A stretch of DNA of 64,000 nucleotides from Harriotta raleighana (lineage: Eukaryota), in NCBI GenBank assembly GCA_050575255.1, contig JBNZDD010013726.1, positions 8,560,302 to 8,624,301 of the forward strand, written 5' to 3'. The translations under genes were made by a program, and so were the position numbers. The number at the start of each line of letters is the position of its first letter. The stretch's first letter is position 1. Under the pieces are notes generated by a model. That model had not been told where the DNA came from. It saw only the letters and a list, made by a program, of their open reading frames with translations, and made no database searches. Positions 13,247 to 24,546 of the stretch are shown piece after piece.

Positions 13247-15589
13247 CTGCAAAACAAACCCAAAGCTTATTAAGAATGAATTACATGATATATCCATGCA
13301 GAGATGAATCTACATATTAAAAATGATGAATGGGTTATTTCCAAAAAAAAACAGAACCAGCTCACATGCAAAGATGAAAACTATTTTAATCGTCATTCAA
13401 AGATTTAAAGGACAAAAAACAGGCATGTCATTTTTTTGTATCCCTTTTCCCTAAAATCCATTTTCAAGAAATGCATTTGAATTCTGCTATGATAATGCCA
13501 GCACTAAATTAGACATATGTACAGCACTTACACAATACTGCAAATTGAATCCCCATAGTCTTTAATTCTATTGGGCCATTAATTTAGGGTTAAATCAGTC
13601 ATAAATTTTCTCATTAACTAAATGTTTTCATTTTACACTCTGTTACATAGCTCACTGTTACATATTCCTAAAAGGTAACAGATTTTGATCCAGATAAAGA
13701 GCACTATGCCATTAAGGAGTCAAATGCTTCCATGGTGCACAGTGTTGCAAATCTATGTTTCTAATGATTCCTGTACACAGTGCAACTGAGCAACACTTCC
13801 AGAAAAATGTATTTATTGTGCAAGTAGTAATCTCTCACAACAAATTCATTCATTTTCACACAATGGAGCAATATTGTTTTAATTTGTGGCTGAGCAATAA
13901 AACACACACGAACACATCCAAAGTGCCACAAGTGAAAACACAACCATTAGCTGCTGTATCAATGACATAGTAGAAGGCAATGCAAAAGGACAAAGTGAAT
14001 GTTGATACATAACTTTAACGATGGAATTATTCAAAGTTTAACCGTATGTCTGATGGAAAAATCCTGGCATATAGAATAAATCATTTACCTAAAACATAGT
14101 CCCTTATGAAGTCACATAAAAGGAAATGATTTAGTTCCTTTTCTCGCTTCCTCCCCCACCCCCACCCCCCACCCCCTCACACTGACTGCGGTCACTGGGA
14201 AAACATCAACGCAGTTAGAGTTCTGTCTCAGTAATCGCTGCATTATTTATGAGAACCTGCACATCTTGAGATTAAACATTTGCTGATTTGTCAAAAGCCC
14301 AAACATGAGGTCCTGCCCATCTCCTTGACATATTAGTTCATTCGACAAAAAAATACCATCGTACATTTAATTGATGAATACTCTTCCCTGTGTGACCCAA
14401 ATAGTCTGCGCTAGTCTTTCTGAAGGTGGCAAATAAGGGAAGACATGCTGAGATGGACTGTCGGATAACTCAAGGTGAACTGCTTTTCAGACAAGGACAG
14501 CCCCAGGTAGATGAAAATTGTTTGTTTTGATGCCAGTAGAAAACAGGAACTTGATTTTTTAATCGGAGGTACGCTTCAACAACATAAATTTTTTAATATA
14601 CAAAATTGATTTAGGGTCACCGGGCATAGGTAAGAGTGTTTTTATCAATTCTAATTGCAGGCCTTGGGATAGAATGCAACACCCAGCACTCAACACTCAC
14701 TTCCCAACCAGGATGGCAGTGGTTAGCAGATGCCTTCAAGGAGGATTGGGCTAGGTATTACAATTCAAATCGAGCTCCCTGAATTACCACTGAAGGTTGT
14801 TGCAGTAAAATCAGCTTGGCAAATCTTGGGACAGCTTGTCAATATACATATTTAAATATACATATTTACATAGAAACAAGGTTCTCCCTGCAAATTTCTG
14901 CTATAATTCTGTTTGTGCCATTTACACTATAAACAGGCAAAATAGACGACGAGAATGGCAGCAAATGCGATGGATGGAGTTTTGGAATCATAGATATGTA
15001 TTTTTTAAAGCACATTTAACCTTTGATTGTACTCTGAAATGTAACTTTCTCACTTCAATGTTACTCGTTTCCTTTCAATATTTAATTGCTAGTAAAGTGT
15101 GTACAGAATTCATCCTCTGGTTGTGAGGTTGAATCAGGGCTTCCGATGATCGGCTTCAAACCAGTTTGTACGTTAAAATACAGCACACGACAGCCTACTT
15201 GCAAACGTCACACATCTTCATCGGATCTACAGCACTCTCCTGCCATAATATTATCAGCAACCATCATTGTTATTAGGTTACAAATAAGATTGAAAAGGTG
15301 AACAGGCAGATTTGATGTATACTGTTGATGAGTTCGTACTTTACATAAAAGTGACACTGCCGTACTTGTATTCATTTGACAGATATACTTTGTCAGAAAC
15401 CACATTATCTATATTCTCCAAAAGAAGCTTGGCATTTAATAAGTGAAGGCGGGCTGCACCATTTGTTAGATACTGAATTGAGTCATAAATCAAATTTGAA
15501 TTAATAATAATGATTGCATTTGATAGAGCACCTCTTGTAGGATGCACCAAGCCAGGAAAGGAAGAGTTACAAGAGTCAAGATTTGTTAA

Positions 15590-15780
15590 ATTTCAGGACA
15601 GACACCAGATAGCTTTCCGTTACAAAGAGTGTAATTAACGACCCGGAACAGGTTGGAAGGAAGGGTGATTGAGGGAAGGACACTGGACTCATTTAGATTG
15701 ATACTGTGATGGGAGGAGGTTAAAACTGTGGGTACTCTGGAGGGATGTAATCAGACAAGCAGAAAGTCCTTGAATGGTAA
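15590..15780 (+). mobile_element. CR1-type LINE 3' end remnant
   Basis: ttcaggacagacaccaga...gggtgattgagggaaggacactggactcattt, a decayed FRTD.R...VIN.WN.L...VIE.RTLDSF. Confidence 0.6.
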
Positions 15781-16049
15781 GAGAAATTTCAATAGATTCC
15801 AGTTCTTGTTTGGAATTAGTGACCTGGAGGTCCATCAAACATTAGCGAGATATATAGTAATAAACAACAACAAATTACATCTCACTTTCCAATCAGGATA
15901 GCAGTAGATAGTGGATCCTTCAAAGAAGATCGGCTGGGTATTACAATTCAAATCTAACTCCCTAAATTACCATTGATAGTTGTAGTAACATCAGTTTGGT
16001 GAATCTTTGAATAGCATACCCACACTTGTGTGGCTTGGGGAGGATGTCC

Positions 16050-16420
16050 CCAAAACGCTCGACAGTCAGGGATTTGGACCCGAGCTGGGGATTAGGATCA
16101 GGAGGGGTAGAGGGCAGTAGGGTAGGGTTCGGAGAGTAACGAAAGGCATGGTCGAAGAGGAAAGTCTTGAGACGTGCCTTGAACGAGGCAAGGGAGGGAG
16201 TAAGGTGAAGGGACTGTGGGATGGAATTCCAAAGAGTGGGGAGCTTGTCCCCCCAGAGGCTGACTGCTTGTCCACCAATTGTGGGGTGGTCCAGGTGGGG
16301 ACATGGAATAGGCCCGAGCCTTGATCACCCCACAATTGGTGAGCCTGGGAAGTGGAAAGGTTGATATGGGGTTAGAAGGTCATAGAGGTGGGAAGGAGCA
16401 AGGCCGTGCAAAACATTTAA
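16050..16420 (-). mobile_element. L2 LINE 3' fragment
   Basis: Reverse complement encodes SGLFHVP...WNS..SL.L.PSLASFKARLKTFLFD, homologous to the 8925 and 54505 copies. Confidence 0.85.
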
Positions 16421-19400
16421 ACACAGTCTATTAGAACCAATTTAACTTCATCTTTCAGATCAAATAATATACCTAAATCTCCAGTGATCTATAGCTAACT
16501 CAATGAACAGGATAAATATGCTCTTCAATATTTTATAATATATGGTGTATAGCTATATCTATTACATTTTATAAATTCAGCAAAACATTTGACGTGTAAA
16601 ATGCACAAATATTTAAAAGTTCGAACAAATGAGAGGAATTAAGCTCTTGTTGATCTGCATCTCTTCTTATATCTTACTAATGAGAAATGGATTACAATTC
16701 ACAATCAAAGAATATTAATTTGAAACTCCCCCCATCCCCCCTGCTGACAGGAAGTCTTTATCTTTTAACAATAGTGCATGTCAATTGTATGTTTGTCACG
16801 TCTTGCTTTATTGATTTCCTGACATTTTCACTTGAAATAATTAAAACTATATTTTACATATTTATAAACCTAACTGTCAGTGGCTCTACTTAATTTTCCA
16901 TTAGTAAAATGCATCTATTAACTTCTGACTGGGACCTATGGGAATAAAATGAATCATTGCAGTTAACTGTAGGCAGAAATAAACACAATAAACATCAAGT
17001 AAAAATGATGTTTCACTACAGAAAAGCATATCTTATCTGGCTTTTGTTCACCTGGTCCTCATACTGTGCAAATCAAATCTGTTAAGAGACCAGAATCCAC
17101 CCAGCCTGGAGGTTAGCTAAGATTCACTGGTTGCAATGGGTTGTATTTATCTCTCTCACTATTCCTTGCCGAGGGGTAATGGCAGAACAACCTGGGATCA
17201 CGGTTCTGCGTAACAGCTATTAATGCCACTTGCTAACTGGAACGATGCCTCAGGGGGAACCATCCACCCACCTCTCGATTCTGCAAAAAGTCAACCTCTG
17301 ACCTGGCAAAGCCTATGCAGAGGGCAAGCTTTTCATTTGCAACTTACGACTGTCCAATTGGGGTTAGCAGTCACTTCAAAGCCAAGAAAGTTTTTGCTTT
17401 TTAAATTCCATACAGTTTTCACAGTTCTCATCGATGTTGTTAAGAGCAAGGCAAATACTGTACTGCCAAAATGTTTTCTAGGAAAGAGTATGGTCACATT
17501 ATGAACATACACTGCTATAAGAAATGAATAATTTGTTACATCCAGTGAAAATATGATTCCAGTATTTCAGTTCGACGTAAGATATAAAATAATATCACGT
17601 CTGCAGCGAGAGCAAAAACTCTGAAAATGTTTAGAGTTAGCCCCAATCGTGTCAGGCTAAGAACAATCCCAATACCAGGAGATCTACAGCAAATACATTA
17701 TTGTAAAATAAATTACAACTAAGAACAAATAGTCAAGCAATTATTCAGATATTAATGATGATGGGTGATTATTATTATAGTCACTATGGACTATGATTTT
17801 AAAAAGGCCCACAGCTCAAGGATGTGCTCAAGGATGTTTTTCAACCGTGCCTATAGTTCACTTGATAAACTATTTCCATAATTACATGCCAAAAATTGAG
17901 CTGTGGTATGTATTATTAACTTGGGGGAGGTATGACTTAGCCATAGCTCACATTTATGTAATTCCGTCACTTTTTATTTGCAAAAAGGTAGGTTGCAATC
18001 TATTTATCATTCACTGAATTAAGCTTATCAGACAAGGTACATACTATTAAACAACCATTGCATTCTGCTGTGTGAGGACCACCGAGTGCAGCATTTTTCC
18101 AAACTGAACCTAATAATAGAATGAGATACTCGGTTTCTAAAACATTGCAGCATCTCTTGGGTTCTTGTGTATTTTCTGTCAAGGGATGTCAAATATCGAT
18201 CTAATTCTATTGCCAATTTAATTTAATAGTACCGGGGTCATGTTCATACAGGAGGGTATCATGGTAAGTTAGCAAGCCAGAACCCATACGGAGCTGCTTA
18301 ATGTTTCTGAGAATCTTTGTAAATGTCATACATTTAAACCATGATTGATTTATAAACTACAGAAATTTAAAAAATTAGAGTTCAGGTAAATATGAAATAA
18401 TTGGACAAAGCGGTAGCAAGGTTTGACCTGCCCCAATCGAGCCCTTTCAAGGTTGCCTGCATTATTGAGAAATATGTGCATAATTTCATTTTGTCTACCT
18501 TCGAACATACAATGTTAGAAGTTAATTAAATTGCATGTCCATTGTGTTCATCCACTTGCAAAGTTAATGATATTCTGCTCCTGAATTGAAGAGCATTTTA
18601 TAAAGCATACACTATGGGACCTGGCAGACAGTACATAGCGCAATTGAACTCTGTCATATTCCCCAATTACACATCTCCTAATTAGAGGAGATATTGATGG
18701 GGATTTTTGTTTGACAATTTAAGACACAAGAAGTCATTCTGTGACACAGATTTGTACGGAGCTTGTTTTAACATGTGGTCTATTTTTTCCCCCAATAAAG
18801 GTTACTGCAAGGACATAAGAATATACTGTAGAATGAACTTACAGAATTTTATTTTTACTTTGAAAGATACCTTTTGTTTTTTGGAGTTCATATCCCAGCG
18901 GAGGCTGGCACATCAACCTGTATGCCACACGCACATTGCATCAAATGTAAATAATCACAATACTGATTAAAATTGGACAAAACTGATTTTGTGGAGCCCA
19001 GCTTGAGGTCTCAGCACGCTATTAAGTAACACTTGTGTGAATCGCAGCAGAAACGGGAAACTTATGCAAAACATTTGAGTGAGTCTCACATATTGCCTTG
19101 GTGACTTGCTCACTGTTAACACCCATGTCTCGCCTCAATATGTCTATTGAGTCTTATGGGGTTTCAATTGGCTGCCAGACAACCCCCAGCTTGACAGCAA
19201 ATGACAGAAGATAGTCACAGCATCGTGTCAGTTAAGGTATTTTGGTGCTTATATCTGAAGGCCTATGTATGAAAGCCTACGACAGGGTAGATTGCCATGG
19301 CTGGTATAAGGCGAGGAGAAGATGTGTTTGGGAAGGTAAACCATTCCTAATCATTCCAGTTGCAATCAACGGACATAGCCAAACTATTAACCTATGAGTA

Positions 19401-22400
19401 CAAGAATTTGCAGTTGATGTTTTCCTTTCTGATACTACCCAAATATTGTTGAAAGGAATAAAATAAAACTAATTTGAATTGTTTTGAGTCTTCCTTACTT
19501 TTTTTTTTGCAGTAAATTTCTCACAAATTCTGCCTATTTGGGGGCAATATAGTACTTTTTTTTTATTTTAAATCATTTGTGAAACAGGAAACAACAGATG
19601 AACACTGATTTTGTGAAATNAAAAAAAATCATTTGTGAAACAGGAAACAACAGATGAACACTGATTTTGTGAAATCAGACCAAATGGGGAAGAATTGTCC
19701 TACTGTAGCCTTTTTAGATTCATATCCTTTTGTCATCTATACATTTAAAAATTCAAACAACAGTTATCCATGCATGATCACAACACGTACAGGCATCTTA
19801 ATAAGATATAATCATTCCAATATAGTACATAATATTGNTCTATACATTTAAAAATTCAAACAAGTTATCCATGCATGATCACAACACATACAGGCATCTT
19901 AATAAGATATAATCATTCCAATATAGTACATAATATTGATTTTCATGATCAATGAAAGTAGCCCGTTAAATTAGTATATCATTTTTTTTCAGGTTTGAAG
20001 ATATTTATCATTTATAATATGAACTAATGTATGATGCTACTTTCTCTTAGGTTAAAAAGGTTAAGTACTGTACTATTTGCTCCATCAATCTTTTTCACTT
20101 TAAAATTAAATAAAGCCAATGTGATTAGTTAGTTTATTTTCATCAGGGCGTTCAAAACAAAATTTTGTAGCAAGTCTGGGAGTCAATGTGCAGATCTTCA
20201 TAATATTGCCATATCTCACATATAGTTAAACTCCACAGCCCAGAACCTTTAGGATTCACAAAAAAGGCACAACAGCCAAGCCATTATATTTGGTTAACTA
20301 ATGAAAATAATCTTTATAAACGGCTTTCAAAAAGCCCAATCTTTAAAATAATATTGCACAATAAAGGAGAGGGCAAGGGGACTATCTTTATTAAGCAATA
20401 CCCATCTCAAATATGTTCTTTTTAAATTTAAAAATAATTTTCTATTATGAGACTACAGGAAAAAGTGGATTAGCAAATTTTCTTTTTAGCCTTGAGACCT
20501 CCATTAAATTCAATCTGAAATGATGAGGTAAAAGTCTTCTCTTTATGATGGCTGTTTCCATCCTATATGAGTTTGGACAGACTCAACTAGTTTCCAAAGT
20601 TTGGAAGAAACTAGCACTAAATTGAAAACTTCATTCAAAGAGGTCAGAATATTGTCTGGTGAAGGTGGAAAGAATATTGTTTTGTGGGGCAAAGGATGAA
20701 CATTAACATCCCTTACTTTAATAAACTAAATATCACCCAAATAAATACAATTTAAATAAACTTCTACTTACTACAGTATTATCACCTCTTCAAGTGCATT
20801 CTTTATTTTTGTTTACATTTTCCCGCTCCGGGATTGACTAGGTCGGCCGTGAACATGAATCAGGAGGAGTCTAAACCTCAGCAAATATTTTCTCACCTAT
20901 GACACCTGATGGGATTCTATTATCAACCTGAATAGCAATTCTCAGGCTGACATGCTGGGTTACTGCAGAGCTGAAAGGTAGCACTGAGAAAGGAATAGTT
21001 CTCAACATTTCTAAGCAATGTACCAATTGCTTATTGGAGACTTATTGGAGAAGGAAGCACAACAATAGCATTCTAACAATAGATTGTTATGTAATGTAGA
21101 CACTGCATCACACAAGTTCAGTGTTTCTAGATTATTGCAGAATCTGAAGAAGATCTGTGGAGGGAGAGCCATTGTTTGCTCTGAAAAGTGAATGACTTAA
21201 TTTAATAATGAATTATGAATGAAGAAATGCTTTTTTTTTGTAATTAATCAGTACACTAATGGCTCTTGAGCAAAAGAAAGGCTCTGAAATGGACAGCAAT
21301 AACANGTAATTAATCAGTACCTTATTTGGGTTTCTTTTACATAGACTAATGGCTCTTGAGCAAAAGAAAGGCTCTGAAATGGACAGCAATAACAGATATC
21401 CAATGCTTTAGACCATCCATGTCTTCATTGGGCAGGTAGAATTGTAGCCTTAAAAGAACAGAATAGTGTCCGGCAAGCTTGGTTCATTAAATCGTTTTCA
21501 GTAGATTACTCCAACCTTTTAGTGGATCATAAAGCTTTTATATTAGATCTATTATCTTCATCACTAATTGCATCAAAGTTCACTACTTACGATAATGCAC
21601 AGTCCAAAACTCCAAGTCTGTATCCACAGGGATTTCTCATGGCAATTAAGCTTATATTTTTGTTATTTATTCTTTTGTTGTCTGAAATTATTAGGTAACC
21701 AATACCATCATCTCATTATCTTAAAATACATTAGAAGAAATATGGCTGGCAAATGAAAAATAATTAATTTAAGATTCATTTTTGTATGCATGACCAATCC
21801 ACAATCCTTACATATATTGTGCACTGGTGAGGGCATGGAGTACTATTACAAATACAAATGTAATAATTATGGAAATTACATGACTGTAAATTGAATGCAA
21901 TAATTTTTTTTTCAATTTCATTTTTATTGCTTCAGGCTGGAAGCCCATTTGCCTCTAATTCCCTTGCTCAAAAAATGCAGTTATTTATTTTATTTCATTA
22001 CTTTGTCCTGGTTAACAACCGTCCCTACTTTGTTTGAATGAAAAACTTCTGGTCATTTTCTCAAATTTCAAACTGGTGCAAGACCAAAATAATATTTAGT
22101 TTGATCATAAATCTCCTCACATCCATCACCCAACATCTGGAAAGGCTGCAACGCTTCTTGGTGAATGGATTCAAGAAACTGCTTTTATTATCCCTTCAGC
22201 TGTAGTTTGTAGAAAAATCAAAACTATAACAGGATTGTAATTTTACATGATGCTCAAGGAAAGATTGAATTGAGAACCGGTTACACATTTCTGTAAGTGA
22301 ATAACTATTGATAGAGATGATCAAAAAACATCTCTTTAAAGATTTTGCTTGAAAGGAGAAGAGGAATTTGGATGTTGAAGTCATAAGTTACTTGGAAATT

Positions 22401-23569
22401 CATATTGATGATGTCAGTAAGATTTGAAATCAGCAATCTTTTGCCAGCTTTCTGATATCATAAAGAATTTTAAAAACATGTACTGTATTAGGATATCATG
22501 TGTTTCAATATTGCAACAATATTTGTATTTATTCCTTAAGACAGCAATGTTTCACCTTTGTTTGAGACACTTTAGTACACAATGCATTCCCTTTGTAGTT
22601 TGAACAGATTTTTTTTTTTTTTAAATGTATCTATATCTAAGTACTGGTAAACTCATTAATATTGTTAAATTACAATTTAAAGTTCAAACCTTCAAATCCT
22701 TTGAAAAAGATCAATGTTAATATCTGTGTTAGTGCACTACCATTTTCTTTGACTAGAAAACAGTGCACCATTTATAGTGTATTACTACAATAGCTTTTTG
22801 TAGCATGCCCCCATCATGTACTTCAGTAATCTGAATCAGTTACTTTGAATAACTCTATTCATAGAAGTAATTACATCACTAATGTACCATTTCAAATAAT
22901 ATTAACATTCTTTCCCTTCATTTTTTATTGGGTCTCCATAACCTTCATAAATAGATTATCTATTTAGCTTCATTTTTATCAGAAACTAATTTTATTGGCC
23001 TTCATCTTTAATTCAATTTAAAACTTGATTTCCACTTCATATAGAGATTGATTTTTAAAAACGAGAATATCCTAAAATAGTTTTCCCCAAGTCTCTTAAT
23101 TGCAATGAAACAGTCCATCATTACGTGTCAAACTATACACTGCACTCATTTCTAAATGCATTATAAACTATAGTGAGGAGTGTAAATAAATGCTTTCAGC
23201 TTGATCAAAATCTGTGAAAATCAATTAACCGCAACTAGCTAAAACAATGGTTCCATTATATTTTTATTTTTTCCAAAAAGCACAAGATTAGCACAAGGTT
23301 AAGCCACATGAGACTCATTCATGTATTTCTCAGGATAGTACCAATCTCCCCAATGACTAGTGGGTGAAGCCGCAGCTCAGTACAGCACTGACTTTGATAG
23401 CTGTAGATTCTATTGTGATCCATGCTGAGTTAGGCTGTTCTCAAAGAACCCCAGACTTGAGTTAGGATGTAGAGGAGTGGAATTCCTATTCTGGATCACA
23501 ATCGAGAAAATCCCGCCCCCACCACTGCCGTCCCCTCCACCGTCCTGTAACGTATATATAATAATAGTA

Positions 23570-23968
23570 CAGTAAAACCTCGTTCATCCGTGACCCAATC
23601 AACCGGATTGCTCGACCCCCCTCCTGGGGCAATTCCCCATTCCAGAATCGCGAGTTTGCTCACTTTGCGCATGTGTGCAATGCGTGCGTGTGCATGCACA
23701 CTCAGTAAACTTATGAACTTGTTTTTTTTTTTACCAATCGGTAAAAAAAAATGCTGTTTTATCGATTTTTTTCCCCCGAGTGTGCTGGAATGCTTTATTG
23801 GTAAGTATCTATACAATATTCTGTTACTTTGTAGTCTATTATTAACATGGTATGTTTTAAAATAAGTTAATTTTTTATGTTGGGGTTTTGGCAACTTGTC
23901 CCCCGTTTATCCGGCACCGTCAATTAGTCGACCTCCCCCGAGCGGGCCAGATAAACTGGATTTTACTG
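23570..23968. mobile_element. Tc1/mariner (Tigger/pogo-like) MITE, copy 2 (longer, inverted relative to copy 1)
   Basis: TA|CAGTAAAACCTCGTTCATCC...GATAAACTGGATTTTACTG|TA. The spurious ORFs 23590..23865 and 12374..12778 are mutually similar. Confidence 0.9.
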
Positions 23969-23970
23969 TA

Positions 23971-24278
23971 TTCCTTGCATTTGATATAGGGTGTTATCAT
24001 GTCTTCAAGGCAACTTAATCTATATGAGCTACACGGCTTCACAAGCTATCTTGTAAAGTGAATTGACTGTATATTTTCTGGGTGAAACACAGCAACCAAT
24101 TGCATACAGCAATATCCCACAAACAGGTGTTAATCAAGTGACCAAATTATCATTCTTTTCGACCATGAATCACAGTCAATTCATAGACAATTCACTTTAC
24201 AGTATATTCTGTGAAGTGCTTTGAGATGTCTAGGATTTGAAATGTGCTATATCAAATGCAAGAATTACTATTATTATT
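23971..24278. mobile_element. Two oppositely oriented tRNA-SINE 3' fragments
   Basis: About 23971-24125 is a minus-strand tail (ccttgcatttgatatag...gtaaagtgaattgactgtatatt). About 24172-24278 is a plus-strand tail (acagtcaattc...caaatgcaagaattactattatt). Confidence 0.75.
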
Positions 24279-24546
24279 CTAGACGTCTCAAAGTGCTTCA
24301 CAAAATATGCTGTAAAGCCAAATTGACTGTAAATTTTGCGGGAGAAATACGGCAGTCAATTGCACACAACAGTGTCCCACACACAGTCGTGGGTTGAAAT
24401 GACCAATTTATTATTTTTTTGGCGGTGTTTATTATTAGGCATGTGGAGTAAGGAAACTTGCCTTATTCCACAGGTTTCGCCCTGCCTGGAATTGAACCCA
24501 GGTCTCTTGCTTGTAAGGCGAGTGCTCTAAACACTGAGCTACAGGA
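24279..24546 (-). mobile_element. tRNA-derived SINE (head and body)
   Basis: Minus head tcctgtagctcagtgtttagagcactcgccttacaagcaagagacctgggttcaattccagg has Pol III A and B boxes and is followed by the family body. Confidence 0.9.

Noticed and set aside
19570-19938. Two tandem duplications around the Ns at 19620 and 19838
   Set aside because: The copies abut single Ns, and the second pair differs only by a SNP and a 2-bp indel. Most likely overlapping contig ends or two haplotypes scaffolded in tandem.
21240-21394. Duplication around the N at 21305 with a roughly 24-bp insertion in one copy
   Set aside because: Looks like two alleles of a heterozygous indel placed side by side at a gap.
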